64,000 nt of DNA. Origin: a phage. Of this stretch, positions 46,120 through 56,356 are shown one piece after another; position 1 is the stretch's first letter; the number at the start of each line of letters is the position of its first letter. The notes under the pieces were generated by a model. That model saw nothing but the letters and a program-made list of their open reading frames with translations. It was not told the origin of the DNA and did not search any database. Location: the sequence record NC_135728.1, one strand, 5' to 3'. Position numbers and translations under genes: made by a program.

Positions 46120-46540
46120 TGCAAAAGCTTTTGGTGAGACAGCGGTACAAAGAGGCCAGGCGATGGGACTGGCACTACCTTTCGTCTTAAAAGAGCACTT
46201 TACAGATTTTCAACTTATCAAAGGTGATAAGGGAATGCTTATCCTGGAGCATAAGTTGAGTAAGAAACGCTACAAAGTTGTTTTTAATTCTAAAGCCCCA
46301 ACAAAACTTGGATTCAGAACTTACAATCTCAACCCATCCTATACTAAGGGTGTTGGAAGGGTAGAACAACAGCATTTCAGTGCTAGAGCTTCTTTAGCCC
46401 CTTTGATGCTAAATTTCTCAGGAGTGGCTTTAGGATACCTTGATAAGAAAAGAGTTCTTCATGTCCGTTTCACAGACTTTGTAACGCTTTTAGCTAACAA
46501 CGAAGTTGATGAAAAGGGACGTGTAAAAACAAACTTCTAA
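46082..46540 (+). CDS. hypothetical protein (152 aa)
   Basis: ORF track. Confidence 0.45.
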   Translation: MIKSIDLTKELTDAKAFGETAVQRGQAMGLALPFVLKEHFTDFQLIKGDKGMLILEHKLSKKRYKVVFNSKAPTKLGFRTYNLNPSYTKGVGRVEQQHFSARASLAPLMLNFSGVALGYLDKKRVLHVRFTDFVTLLANNEVDEKGRVKTNF

Positions 46541-46555
46541 TAACGCATAGTATGA

Positions 46556-46759
46556 TTGGAGACCGCAATGACACTAAAGTTAACAATTCCAGACAGCTTT
46601 TCAGAAAACTTTATCCCAGAAATGATGGGTAAGATGCGATCATTGCTTGATCAGATTGAGGAAGCTGTTTGGGAAGACGATGCTGTAGTGGCTAACGAGC
46701 TAGTAGATAAGTGTAAAAGTATTATTGATGCAGTTGAAGAATACTACGGAGGTTTTTGA
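46556..46759 (+). CDS. hypothetical protein (67 aa)
   Basis: ORF track; RBS GGAGA. Confidence 0.45.
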   Translation: METAMTLKLTIPDSFSENFIPEMMGKMRSLLDQIEEAVWEDDAVVANELVDKCKSIIDAVEEYYGGF

Positions 46760-47373
46760 TGGATATTATTGTTCTTAACGCCCCACCCAGCAGCGGTAAG
46801 GATCACATTGCAGATCTCTTGTTGGAAGCTATTCCTAACTCACACCATCGTGAGGTTAAGGAGATGCTCTTCAGCGTGGCAATTAAGGCAGCTGGTGTAA
46901 CTCCTCAACTCTGGAATGCACTTTATGACCGCCACTACAAAGAAGAGCCTTGCCCTTTCTTAATGATAGACGGCAAGCATGTTTCTCCGCGAGAGTGGAT
47001 GATCCATTGTAGTGAAAATCTGATTAAACCTATCTTTGGTGAAGATGCTTTCGGTAAGGCCGCAGTCACATCCTTGAAGAAAGATTTCCCTAAAGGTAAA
47101 GGGGTTGTTGTTTACTCCGATGGTGGATTTAAAGAGGAGCTGGCGTGCCTTAGTGAGTACGCATACAGCACAGGTGGAGATCTGTTGTTGTTCCGTATTC
47201 ACCGTGTCGGATATGACTGGGGAAATGATTCCAGAACCTATCTAAGTCTGGAAAAGAACGGAATAAAAGGGATTGAGTTCGATGTTGTAAATCCTGAAGG
47301 TGCACCTTGGGAATGTGCATCGGAGATTGTGTGCAAGTATATTGATGCTAAAGAGGCCCAAGAAGAATGTTAA
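46756..47373 (+). CDS. deoxynucleoside monophosphate kinase-like P-loop protein
   Basis: N-terminal LNAPPSSGKDHIAD resembles phage dNMP kinase P-loop (SGKDT). Confidence 0.45.
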   Translation: MMDIIVLNAPPSSGKDHIADLLLEAIPNSHHREVKEMLFSVAIKAAGVTPQLWNALYDRHYKEEPCPFLMIDGKHVSPREWMIHCSENLIKPIFGEDAFGKAAVTSLKKDFPKGKGVVVYSDGGFKEELACLSEYAYSTGGDLLLFRIHRVGYDWGNDSRTYLSLEKNGIKGIEFDVVNPEGAPWECASEIVCKYIDAKEAQEEC

Positions 47374-47960
47374 TCGGAATTGATGTAGATTTGACACTGG
47401 TAGATTCAGGAACAGCATGGTGGGAGTGGTTGGAGCGTTTGTATGGTCCAGCCAGTAAGACAGTCGTTAAACCTTCTAATGGGCTGATGTATTACGATCT
47501 GTCAAAGTATTGGCCTGATCGCCCCAAAGAAAACATCATAGGACCTTTTGATTTCTGGAGTGATCCGTTCCTCTACGACTTCCTTAAGCCTGAAGAGGGG
47601 GCTATTGAGGTTATGAAAGATTTGGTGGCTCGCGGTCACAAGCTCGCATTTATCTCGGTATGCAAGAAAGGTCACCTTGCATCTAAATCAAGGTTCTTAA
47701 AGCGTTGGACCAGTGATTTTATGGATCTGGATGATCACACCCAGGGTCACGGCTTCTACGCCACACATTTCAAAGGTAATGTGGCTGTAGATGTTATAAT
47801 TGACGACAGGCATGAATACCTGAACCAATTCGCTTCACGACCTGAAGTTATTAAAATCCTAAAAGACACACCTTATGAGCAATTCGAGGAGTTAAAGGTC
47901 AGTGTTGACTATACCACTAATAGCTGGTATAAAATAGGAAAGTTTTTAGAAGGTATTTGA
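47367..47960 (+). CDS. HAD-superfamily hydrolase (possible 5'-deoxynucleotidase)
   Basis: Motif I IGIDVDLTL (DxDxT) and downstream IIDDR. Confidence 0.5.
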   Translation: MLIGIDVDLTLVDSGTAWWEWLERLYGPASKTVVKPSNGLMYYDLSKYWPDRPKENIIGPFDFWSDPFLYDFLKPEEGAIEVMKDLVARGHKLAFISVCKKGHLASKSRFLKRWTSDFMDLDDHTQGHGFYATHFKGNVAVDVIIDDRHEYLNQFASRPEVIKILKDTPYEQFEELKVSVDYTTNSWYKIGKFLEGI

Positions 47961-47961
47961 A

Positions 47962-48162
47962 ATGGGCAGATGTTCTAAAGGTGGCGATCCTGTAGTCAGA
48001 TACGGTGACTGGCTGGAGGTATATGATCTGGGGGGCAAGCTAGTGTATGCCTCCAGGATCACCCAAGACATGTGCTCTGATATGTTTAACAGATACCTTG
48101 CATTTAAGGCTAACATAAGCCCAGACGAAATTTCCAAAATTAAAACAAGGAGAGCTAAATAA
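47962..48162 (+). CDS. hypothetical protein (66 aa)
   Basis: ORF track. Confidence 0.4.
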   Translation: MGRCSKGGDPVVRYGDWLEVYDLGGKLVYASRITQDMCSDMFNRYLAFKANISPDEISKIKTRRAK

Positions 48163-49145
48163 TGCTAAAACTGTGCACTGCAAAGATTATTGCTGACAGC
48201 ATTTCCGAGAAAGGTAAGCGTATCACCACTTTTGAGCTAGAGTATCCTCGAATTATTCACTCAGAGCTTATGACGCACCGAGTGTTCAGCCGAAACGCCA
48301 TGTCTTCCCGTGCAGTACCTGTCGGCAAGATGCTGCAACAGATTGTGGAGAACCCTGCAATGCCAGTACGCTTCGGTGTAAATAAGCGGGGGATGGAAGA
48401 TGGTGGAGAACACGATCAAAAGATCCGTGTAGAGTACACTGACATGGAGTTAACTCCTGAAGAGTTTTGGAAAGAAGCTGCAAAAAACGCAGCTTGGCAT
48501 GCAGAGAAGTTCGCCCTTGCTGGTTACCATAAGCAAGTATGTAACCGCTTAGTGGAGCCGTTTCAGCGCATGAAAACAGTTGTAACAAGCACAGAGTGGA
48601 ATAATTTCTTCCATCTCCGTTGCTGGCACGATGCGGACCCTACTATTCAGATGTTGGCTAATTGCATGTGGGAGGCTCTTATGAATAGCACTCCTGAAAT
48701 CCTTAAACCTGGTCAATGGCACACACCATATGTAGAGCACGTTTATTTGGACGGCGAGTTTAACTATGCTGTACGTGACACAGAAGGAAAGCTTTGCATT
48801 CTCGATACTGGAGAAGCTCTGTCTATTAGTGCTAGTTGCTGTGCACAAGTATCTTATCGAAATATTGACAGCACGTTTGAAAAGGCAGACAGTGTGGCTA
48901 AAAAATTGATTGGTGGGGATCGTATTCATGCAAGCCCTTACGAGCACCAAGCAACACCTATGGATCACGATAACGCAATGGAACGTTTAAACTACTATCT
49001 ATCTTCATGTGAAATCACACAAGACAGCTGTGTTTGGCAGGAAGGTGTAACCCATCAAGACCGTGATGGTAAATTCTGGTCTGCCAACTTTTGTGGGTGG
49101 GTTCAGCACAGACAACTGCTTAATAACCACTTCGTGAAAGGTTAA
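48162..49145 (+). CDS. thyX: flavin-dependent thymidylate synthase ThyX
   Basis: ThyX signature LMTHRVFSRNAMSSRA (RHR-x7-S type) near the N-terminus. Confidence 0.75.
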   Translation: MLKLCTAKIIADSISEKGKRITTFELEYPRIIHSELMTHRVFSRNAMSSRAVPVGKMLQQIVENPAMPVRFGVNKRGMEDGGEHDQKIRVEYTDMELTPEEFWKEAAKNAAWHAEKFALAGYHKQVCNRLVEPFQRMKTVVTSTEWNNFFHLRCWHDADPTIQMLANCMWEALMNSTPEILKPGQWHTPYVEHVYLDGEFNYAVRDTEGKLCILDTGEALSISASCCAQVSYRNIDSTFEKADSVAKKLIGGDRIHASPYEHQATPMDHDNAMERLNYYLSSCEITQDSCVWQEGVTHQDRDGKFWSANFCGWVQHRQLLNNHFVKG

Positions 49146-49174
49146 TCCTATCACAGCGATAGGTAACTTTTGTG

Positions 49175-49203
49175 TTGACTAATATTATCAGATAATCTAT
49201 AAT
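49175..49203 (+). promoter_or_regulatory. sigma70-like promoter (near consensus)
   Basis: TTGACT (49175-49180), 17-bp spacer, TATAAT (49198-49203). Confidence 0.6.
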
Positions 49204-49204
49204 A

Positions 49205-49705
49205 ATGGCTCACTTTGTTGGTGAGCCAGAAATGGAGACAGATATGAGTAATGTTATGATTCCTAAAAAGACATTTATTTCAGTTACTTTAGATTTCCTA
49301 TCTACCGTACCTGGGTTTAACGTTCGCACACGAAACGGTCTCCGAGCTGCACTCTTCGCCGTAGGCTTTGATTTAAAAAATATTGATGTTCTCCGTGGAA
49401 AAAACGTTCGATGCAAAAATAAGCCAACCCATTATCGAAAGGCAGATGTGTTTGCTGGTGTCATGCGTGCAGACTTTAGATACCCACAAATGTATAACGG
49501 TGTAGATATTTTAGATGTAGATAAAGCACCTGGTGAGGCAATGCTTGTTCAAGATCTTCCGTATGATATCCCAGTAGAAGATCGTGTTAATGTAAGAAAG
49601 TATACAAAACAATCTGAAAAGGCTGAAGATATTCATATTGTTGATGAACCTTTCAATTTTGAAGATCTGCATCGCCTAGAAAAATTATTCGGTATTGAAA
49701 GCTAA
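49205..49705 (+). CDS. hypothetical protein (166 aa)
   Basis: ORF track. Confidence 0.45.
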   Translation: MAHFVGEPEMETDMSNVMIPKKTFISVTLDFLSTVPGFNVRTRNGLRAALFAVGFDLKNIDVLRGKNVRCKNKPTHYRKADVFAGVMRADFRYPQMYNGVDILDVDKAPGEAMLVQDLPYDIPVEDRVNVRKYTKQSEKAEDIHIVDEPFNFEDLHRLEKLFGIES

Positions 49706-49946
49706 GGTGGTGAAGATGAGTCATAGCTCCAAGTGGAAGGATCTTGGTTTTGCAAGTCGGGCAGAGTATGTTGGTTGGCTTTGGTTCAACGGTCTGACAA
49801 ACGATATTAAAATGTATGATGATGTTTATTATGACGAGTATACAGGTAAAATTATAAATATCTCTGTAGAAGAGGATACCTTTATCCAGCAAGATACTGA
49901 TACCTGCCTTGATAAATACGTTAATGAAGTGGAGGAAGCAAATTGA
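49695..49946 (+). CDS. hypothetical protein (83 aa)
   Basis: ORF track. Confidence 0.4.
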   Translation: MKAKVVKMSHSSKWKDLGFASRAEYVGWLWFNGLTNDIKMYDDVYYDEYTGKIINISVEEDTFIQQDTDTCLDKYVNEVEEAN

Positions 49947-52258
49947 TCACCAAGGTAATTAAAAGCAACGGATGTGAAGTGGCATTCGATCCAGAACGTT
50001 TAAATAAGGCAGCTATTTTCGGTGACGACGGTAACGGCAATTGGTCACACATTGCACTGGATGCATACAAACGACTGTATGATGGATGTACGACCAAAGA
50101 AGTTAACCAAGCTATCATAGACTCCTGTGTTAGCCGTAAAGACGAAGCACATTCCCGTATGGCTGGTCGTGTTCTTATTGGTCAGATTTATAAAGAGGCT
50201 TTTGGAGGGTTTACAAAGATCCCTTCATTACCATCATTTTACAATACCATGGTTGAGAAAGGGTATTGGGAGGATATGGGTTATAGCTTTACCGAGCTAA
50301 ATACTTTAGGCGCTGTTATTGACCACAGTAAAGATCTCGGTTACGGCTATGCAGTCCTTAAACAGTTTCGCGACAAATACGGGATCAAGGATACTCTTAA
50401 AGACACCCTGTTTGAATCTCCCCAGATGATGTTTATGGGGATAGCAATGGCTGTCATGAAGAATATGCCGAAAGAACGTCGTATCAACGATGTTGTAAAA
50501 TTATACACTTATCTGTCCGACTTAAAGATCAATGCCCCGACACCGTACTTAAACGGGCTGCGCACAGGTAAGACAGGGTATGCATCTTGTTGTGTAATAA
50601 AAGCTGACGATACAGCAAAATCTATTGGTGTGGCACGTGAAGTTGCGTACACTATGACGGTTAACCAAGCAGGTATCGGCTACTATTTATCATCAAGATC
50701 TGCAGGCGATGGTGTTCGTGGTAACACTATTAAACACATGGGTAAGATTCCATATTATCGAGGTATTGATGCTGGGGTTAAGGAGAACAGACAACAATCA
50801 CGTGGCGGTTCTGCAACAGTATCATTCCTTGCACTGGATCCGCAGATTGATGAGCTAATCCGTTTGAGAAACCCTATGACTGTTGCTTCAAAAAGAATCA
50901 ACACCATGGACTACTCTATAGGTATTAACAGGTCGTTTATCAACCGTGTGGCTAAGAATTTAGATTGGATGCTTGTTTCTTATAAGCACGCGCCTCAACT
51001 GCATGAGGGTATCTTCACCATGTCTATGGAGGAGTTTGATGCAGAGGTTGATCGTATCGCTAAAGATGACAGTATTCCTAAAACATGGATCCGAGCTAGA
51101 GATCTTGCTGTTGAGCTGATCACGCAGCGTACTGAGGTGGGAAGACTGTACGTATACTGGACAGATGAGATGAATAGACATACACCTTTTAAAGATGTGA
51201 TCTATTCAAGTAACCTGTGTGCAGAAATAGCCCTCCCGACAAAAGGCTATTCAGATATGCGTAATATCTTCAAGTACGATGCTGATGATGGCGAGGTTGC
51301 ATTGTGCTTCCTGTCATCTCTTGTAGCTGGAAGGGTTACCCCAGAGGAGTATGAGGATGTTGCATATTACACGGTGCTTATGATTGACAATGTTATGGAA
51401 ATCATGACATATCCGTATGAAAATATGGAGAGCACTGTTAAAAAACGCAGATCCATCGGGGTTGGCCTTACCAACGTTGCACATTTTATTGCCAGCCATA
51501 AGGTTACTTACGGATCTCCTGAAAGTAAACAGCTTGTTCACGATCTTGCAGAACTTCACAGCTACAGCTTGCATAAGGCAAGTTTACGGTTGGCAAAAGA
51601 GCGTGGTGTCTGCGAGTGGATGCATAAAACAAAATATCCAGAAGGTTGGTTACCAATCGACACCTATAACAAAGAGGTCGATAGCGTGGTGAAAGATCCT
51701 TCTCTTAAACAGGATTGGGAAGGGTTACGTAAAGAAATCATTGAAAATGGTGGGCTACGTAATAGCGTTCTTGAAGCATATATGCCTAATGAAAGCTCTT
51801 CGCTGGCAACAAACACCACTAACGGGGTTTATCCTGTCCGTGAGCACATTATCTTTAAAAAATCGCCACAAGGGCAGGTGCTGTTTATCGTTCCTGAATA
51901 CGATGAGCTGAAAGAGTATTACACTTCGGCTTGGGACGTTGATACTAACGACATGATCGATATGTATGCTGTGATTCAAAAATTCACAGGCCAGGCAATC
52001 AGCGCGGATTTATACATAGACTACACCAAGTTGAAAGATGGTAAAATTTCAATGAAGGAGCAGCTAGGGTACCTTATCCGTGCCACTAAATTCGGGATGA
52101 AGACATGGTATTATTTAAACTCCAGGGTTGGTGCTGGTGACTCCTTGGCAGAGGAACTTCATGCCAAGAAACAAGCTGAAGATGAAACCAGAAAGAACTA
52201 TCCTTTGATTGCAGATAGTTCAGTTGAAGATCCGTATTGCGAAAGCTGTGCATTGTAA
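49943..52258 (+). CDS. nrdA: ribonucleotide reductase class Ia alpha subunit
   Basis: N-terminal ATP-cone (VIKSNGCEVAFDPERL), active-site NLCAEIALPT, C-terminal CESCAL cysteine pair. Confidence 0.9.
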   Translation: MITKVIKSNGCEVAFDPERLNKAAIFGDDGNGNWSHIALDAYKRLYDGCTTKEVNQAIIDSCVSRKDEAHSRMAGRVLIGQIYKEAFGGFTKIPSLPSFYNTMVEKGYWEDMGYSFTELNTLGAVIDHSKDLGYGYAVLKQFRDKYGIKDTLKDTLFESPQMMFMGIAMAVMKNMPKERRINDVVKLYTYLSDLKINAPTPYLNGLRTGKTGYASCCVIKADDTAKSIGVAREVAYTMTVNQAGIGYYLSSRSAGDGVRGNTIKHMGKIPYYRGIDAGVKENRQQSRGGSATVSFLALDPQIDELIRLRNPMTVASKRINTMDYSIGINRSFINRVAKNLDWMLVSYKHAPQLHEGIFTMSMEEFDAEVDRIAKDDSIPKTWIRARDLAVELITQRTEVGRLYVYWTDEMNRHTPFKDVIYSSNLCAEIALPTKGYSDMRNIFKYDADDGEVALCFLSSLVAGRVTPEEYEDVAYYTVLMIDNVMEIMTYPYENMESTVKKRRSIGVGLTNVAHFIASHKVTYGSPESKQLVHDLAELHSYSLHKASLRLAKERGVCEWMHKTKYPEGWLPIDTYNKEVDSVVKDPSLKQDWEGLRKEIIENGGLRNSVLEAYMPNESSSLATNTTNGVYPVREHIIFKKSPQGQVLFIVPEYDELKEYYTSAWDVDTNDMIDMYAVIQKFTGQAISADLYIDYTKLKDGKISMKEQLGYLIRATKFGMKTWYYLNSRVGAGDSLAEELHAKKQAEDETRKNYPLIADSSVEDPYCESCAL

Positions 52259-52264
52259 TTTTAA

Positions 52265-52280
52265 AGGGGCTTCGGCCCCT
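52265..52280 (+). terminator. GC hairpin with UUCG loop after nrdA (attenuator/terminator)
   Basis: aggggcttcggcccct followed by GTCTT. Confidence 0.35.
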
Positions 52281-52297
52281 GTCTTAGAGGTAGAATA

Positions 52298-53386
52298 ATG
52301 GCTGTATTTAATGCTGAGAACACTGCTCATAAAACTGGTGACTATCCGCTGTTTTTAGGACAGCAAATGGGTATGTACGACTCTATTAACAAAAAATATC
52401 CACAACTGTTCGAACTGTACAAAAAACAAAAAGAACAAGACTGGGCAGAGGATGAAGTGGATTTGTCGCAATCTATTTCAGATTTTGTAACATGCTCCAA
52501 GTCAACTTATGACGTGATGGTGCAGACCTTGATGTGGCAATGGGAGGCTGATAGCGTTGCGGCAAGATCGATCATCTGCCTCTTTTCACCATTCATCACT
52601 AATAGTGAGCTTTTCACTCTATTGATGAAACAGTCAGAGATTGAAGTTCTTCACGCACTAACCTACTCAGAGATTGTTAGACAATGCCTTCCTAATGCTC
52701 GGGAGATTATAGAAGAGATTCAGGAAAACCAGAACGTACTGAGCAGATCTGGAGTTATTGTCAAATACATGCAAGAGCTTGAGGTTATTGGTGCAAAATA
52801 TCGACTGGATCCTTTTAGTGTTGAAGAAGATACTGTGCGGAAATGCATTCTTAGAGCGCTTTTTGCACTTTTAGCTCTAGAAAGTATTGAGTTTATTGCA
52901 AGTTTTGCATGCACTTTCGCAGTAGCTGAACAGGGTATTTTTGTTCAGGTGGCACAGCTTGTTCAAAAAATCATGCTTGACGAAATGCTACATTCGAAAG
53001 GTGATTTTGCCATCATTGATATCCTGCTTAATGATCCAGCATGGGAGAAAAGCTTCCTTGAGATAAAGGGAGAGTTAAAAGAGATTCTTGATGAAGTACG
53101 GACCAAGGAGTACGGTTGGAGTGACTATATTTTCAGCGAAGGAAGAGCGATTATAGGTCTTAACTCACCGTTGCTTAAAGAATGGGTTGACTATAACTGC
53201 TCACCGATTTATGATTACTACGACATCGACAAAGACTTTGTGCCGCCAACAAAGGACCCGCTACCGTTTATGCAGGTGTGGATGAAACCTTCATTGCAAC
53301 AGACGGCTAACCAGGAAATGTCGAACACCGACTACCGAGTCAACACAACTGTTAACGACGCTGAAGAAGAAATTTGGGAGTTTTAA
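52298..53386 (+). CDS. nrdB: ribonucleotide reductase class Ia beta subunit
   Basis: Size, position after nrdA, ferritin-like helical composition and acidic C-terminus. Confidence 0.85.
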   Translation: MAVFNAENTAHKTGDYPLFLGQQMGMYDSINKKYPQLFELYKKQKEQDWAEDEVDLSQSISDFVTCSKSTYDVMVQTLMWQWEADSVAARSIICLFSPFITNSELFTLLMKQSEIEVLHALTYSEIVRQCLPNAREIIEEIQENQNVLSRSGVIVKYMQELEVIGAKYRLDPFSVEEDTVRKCILRALFALLALESIEFIASFACTFAVAEQGIFVQVAQLVQKIMLDEMLHSKGDFAIIDILLNDPAWEKSFLEIKGELKEILDEVRTKEYGWSDYIFSEGRAIIGLNSPLLKEWVDYNCSPIYDYYDIDKDFVPPTKDPLPFMQVWMKPSLQQTANQEMSNTDYRVNTTVNDAEEEIWEF

Positions 53387-53389
53387 TAT

Positions 53390-53668
53390 ATGAGCTGTGA
53401 AAAATCTTTTTTCTTTATTATTTACGGTAAAGATAACTGCCCACATTGTGTAAGAGCAAAAGAATTTGCAGTCAGTAAAGGTCTGCCTTTTGTATATAAG
53501 ACACTTGGAGAGGGATACACAAAAGAAGAGCTTATTGAGAAGTGTAGTCCAATCGTCCCAAGAACGTTACCGCAGATCTTCTTAGAAAGCGATCTTGATA
53601 GTGTCCATGTAGGTGGTGCCGACGATTTCATCTCTTTTGTTAAGAATGATTTTGGAGAGAAAAAGTGA
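53390..53668 (+). CDS. glutaredoxin/NrdH-like redoxin
   Basis: Redox-active CPHC motif near the N-terminus; placed between nrdB and nrdD. Confidence 0.75.
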   Translation: MSCEKSFFFIIYGKDNCPHCVRAKEFAVSKGLPFVYKTLGEGYTKEELIEKCSPIVPRTLPQIFLESDLDSVHVGGADDFISFVKNDFGEKK

Positions 53669-55788
53669 AAGTTGTAAAACGGGACGGTAGAGAAGAGGTC
53701 TATAACGGAATTAAGGTGATCAAGGCGGCAGAGTCCGCCTTACTTGAGTCTGGACATACTGAAGAAGAAGCTTACCGGATCGCCTGCGCGGTTAATGAAG
53801 TTGTTGCTAACAATCTACCAACCGACCAGTGCACGATCTCTGTAAAAAATATCCATATCCTTGTTGAAGACGCTCTTATGGATATGGGTTTAAAATGTGC
53901 AGCCAGAGAATACATCCAGTATAGGCAGACAAGAGATAATAACAGAGAGGCAGGTGGAAAACTGCTTGCAGATATTAGTGGCTTCTTGGATCGCACTTGT
54001 GATGAATTTACAAAAGAAAACGCAAATAAGCCTACCAACCATGTACACACTCATCGTGACCTGCTTGCAGGCATCCTTAGCAAACACCTTGCATCAACAC
54101 AGATCCTGCCAGACCGTGTCTCCGAAGAGCACAATAAAGGCTTCATCCATGTGCATGATCTTGATTATTTGATCAGTCCGTTAACAAACTGTTGTTTGGT
54201 AAATTATCCAGATATGCTGGAAAACGGATTCAACATTGGTAACGCCCATGTCAGTAAGCCGAAGTCAATAGGGGTTGCAACAACAATCCTTAGCCAAATC
54301 TCTAGTGCGGTAGCTAGTGCTCAATATGGCGGTCAGACTATGAGCCATATTGATCATTATCTGGCACAGTATGCTGAAGCAACCTATGAGAAGAACCTTA
54401 AATTTTGCCAGGAACATTGGTTGCCAGATGCTGAGACTGTTGCAATGCAAATGACAGATAAAGACGTATTTGACAGCATGCAGACTTTGCTCTATCAAAT
54501 CAATACGTTAACTTCTGTCAACGGGCAAACTCCATTCATTACATTAAGTTTGGGTCTGGACACCTCAGTATTTGGTAGAATGATTACCAAAAACTACTTG
54601 AAAGTCCACAAAATGGGTCTTGGTGAAGAACGTATCACACCTGTGTTCCCTAAAGTGCTGTTCTTCCTAGAAGAGGGTGTCAACATGAACCCTGGAGATC
54701 CTAACTATGATTTGAAACGATTAGCTCTGGAATGCTCTGCAGAGCGGATTTATCCTGACTTTGTTTCTGTTCCACTAAATCGTAAAGTGACAGGCTCGAC
54801 AGATGGCAAAGTAACGAGCATGGGTTGCCGGAGTTTTCTTAGCAAATACAATGACTTGGAAACAGGTGAGGAGAAATACCTCGGCAGATTCAATTTGGGT
54901 GTTGTTAGTCTTAACCTACCAATGATTGCGGCAAAAGCTAAGACGGAAGGTGTTGATTTCTTTGCCGTTCTTGACGAATACCTGGATCTTGCATACGAGG
55001 CTCACCTTGTAAGGGTTAACCGTCTAAAAGGAACAAAGGCAGGGCAGAACCCTATCATGTGGTGTGAAGGTGCTCTTGCTCGCCTGGATCCTGAAGAGAG
55101 TATTGATAAACTCTTCTATGACGGGTACGCTTCCATCAGTATTGGGTATATTGGTGTGTATGAAACCTGTCAGATTTTGGGCAGGGAGGGTGACAAGGCT
55201 TTAGCTCTTGGAATACTTCAGCACATGAGAGATGCTTGCGAGCGATACAAGAAGGAAAGTAGACTAGCGTTTAGCTTGTACGGCACCCCTTCTGAGAGTC
55301 TATGCTATAAAGCTGCAACCTGTCTGGATCGTGAATATCCTGAAGTGTTGAAGCACGAGCATGAATATCTCACCAACAGTTTCCATCAGCCAGTGTGGAT
55401 CAATAGCTCTCCTTTTGATAAGTGGGAATATGAGGAAGGTTTTGCTATGATCTCCTCTGGTGGCAACATCGGGTACGTAGAGACACCAAATCTGAAAAAC
55501 AACTTAGATGCTTTAGAGGCTCTTGTTGACTTCGGGTATAAACACATTATGTATTTTGGTATTAACCAACCTGTGGATAAATGTCTCAAGTGTGGTTTCT
55601 CTGGTGAGTTCAGTGCAACAGCTAAAGGCTTTGTATGCCCAGAGTGTGGAAACCATGAAGAGGGAACGATCAGTGTGATCAGACGTGTATCCGGGTACCT
55701 GTCTAGTCCAAACTCCCGTCCTTACAATAAAGGTAAGCAAGCGGAAGTTATCGAGCGGGTTAAGCACTATGGAAGTTGTAGTTGCTGA
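53665..55788 (+). CDS. nrdD: anaerobic ribonucleotide reductase (class III)
   Basis: N-terminal ATP-cone, C-terminal glycyl-radical motif RRVSGYL, zinc site CPECG. Confidence 0.9.
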   Translation: MKVVKRDGREEVYNGIKVIKAAESALLESGHTEEEAYRIACAVNEVVANNLPTDQCTISVKNIHILVEDALMDMGLKCAAREYIQYRQTRDNNREAGGKLLADISGFLDRTCDEFTKENANKPTNHVHTHRDLLAGILSKHLASTQILPDRVSEEHNKGFIHVHDLDYLISPLTNCCLVNYPDMLENGFNIGNAHVSKPKSIGVATTILSQISSAVASAQYGGQTMSHIDHYLAQYAEATYEKNLKFCQEHWLPDAETVAMQMTDKDVFDSMQTLLYQINTLTSVNGQTPFITLSLGLDTSVFGRMITKNYLKVHKMGLGEERITPVFPKVLFFLEEGVNMNPGDPNYDLKRLALECSAERIYPDFVSVPLNRKVTGSTDGKVTSMGCRSFLSKYNDLETGEEKYLGRFNLGVVSLNLPMIAAKAKTEGVDFFAVLDEYLDLAYEAHLVRVNRLKGTKAGQNPIMWCEGALARLDPEESIDKLFYDGYASISIGYIGVYETCQILGREGDKALALGILQHMRDACERYKKESRLAFSLYGTPSESLCYKAATCLDREYPEVLKHEHEYLTNSFHQPVWINSSPFDKWEYEEGFAMISSGGNIGYVETPNLKNNLDALEALVDFGYKHIMYFGINQPVDKCLKCGFSGEFSATAKGFVCPECGNHEEGTISVIRRVSGYLSSPNSRPYNKGKQAEVIERVKHYGSCSC

Positions 55789-55791
55789 TAC

Positions 55792-55822
55792 TTGACAAAA
55801 GCCACAAGGATGTGGCATATTA
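55792..55822 (+). promoter_or_regulatory. sigma70-like promoter with palindromic spacer (CCACAAGGATGTGG)
   Basis: TTGACA (55792-55797), spacer palindrome, CATATT/ATATTA; followed by RBS GGAGG and ATG at 55852. Confidence 0.5.
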
Positions 55823-55851
55823 TTGACACACAGTGAGCTAGGAGGTACAGT

Positions 55852-55968
55852 ATGTCTAAAGGTATTTATAAAATTTGCAAGTGTGGTTGTCGTTGCAATC
55901 TTCGTTGGTGCAAGGCACTTGATGATTTTATTTGGCATTGCCCTGAATGCGATGCGGAGTACTTATAA
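55852..55968 (+). CDS. small cysteine-rich protein (38 aa), possible zinc ribbon
   Basis: Not in ORF track (short); ATG with strong RBS (GGAGGT, 7 nt); encodes MSKGIYKICKCGCRCNLRWCKALDDFIWHCPECDAEYL. Confidence 0.5.
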   Translation: MSKGIYKICKCGCRCNLRWCKALDDFIWHCPECDAEYL

Positions 55969-56119
55969 GCATAAGGGGTCGAAATGCGGAAATCTATCAA
56001 GAAAATCAAGATAAGATTGTTGGTACTGAAGCGTAAGTATAAAAAGTTATACGGCTTCATTAAATGGACTTTTATAGGTTTATCTTGAATAGAAGCACAC
56101 CACAGAAGAGAGGTTCCTT

Positions 56120-56356
56120 ATGATAGGTGTCTGTGTAAAAGCTAACAGATGGTTTACATTCGGTAAGGATTACGAAATTATCTTTCATTCGGACAGAGCC
56201 ACAACAGTAGAAAGCGATGATGGGTGCTACTGGTTCGTTAGTTACCATGGTGATGGGTATTATAGATCTACTGATTCCAGAGGGGAAGAAGCTGTTTTCT
56301 TAGATAGAGCTTATTGTGGGCCTGAATATCCCTACCTCAAAGAGGATAAGGAATGA
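56120..56356 (+). CDS. hypothetical protein (78 aa)
   Basis: ORF track; start-stop overlaps nrdG. Confidence 0.45.
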   Translation: MIGVCVKANRWFTFGKDYEIIFHSDRATTVESDDGCYWFVSYHGDGYYRSTDSRGEEAVFLDRAYCGPEYPYLKEDKE

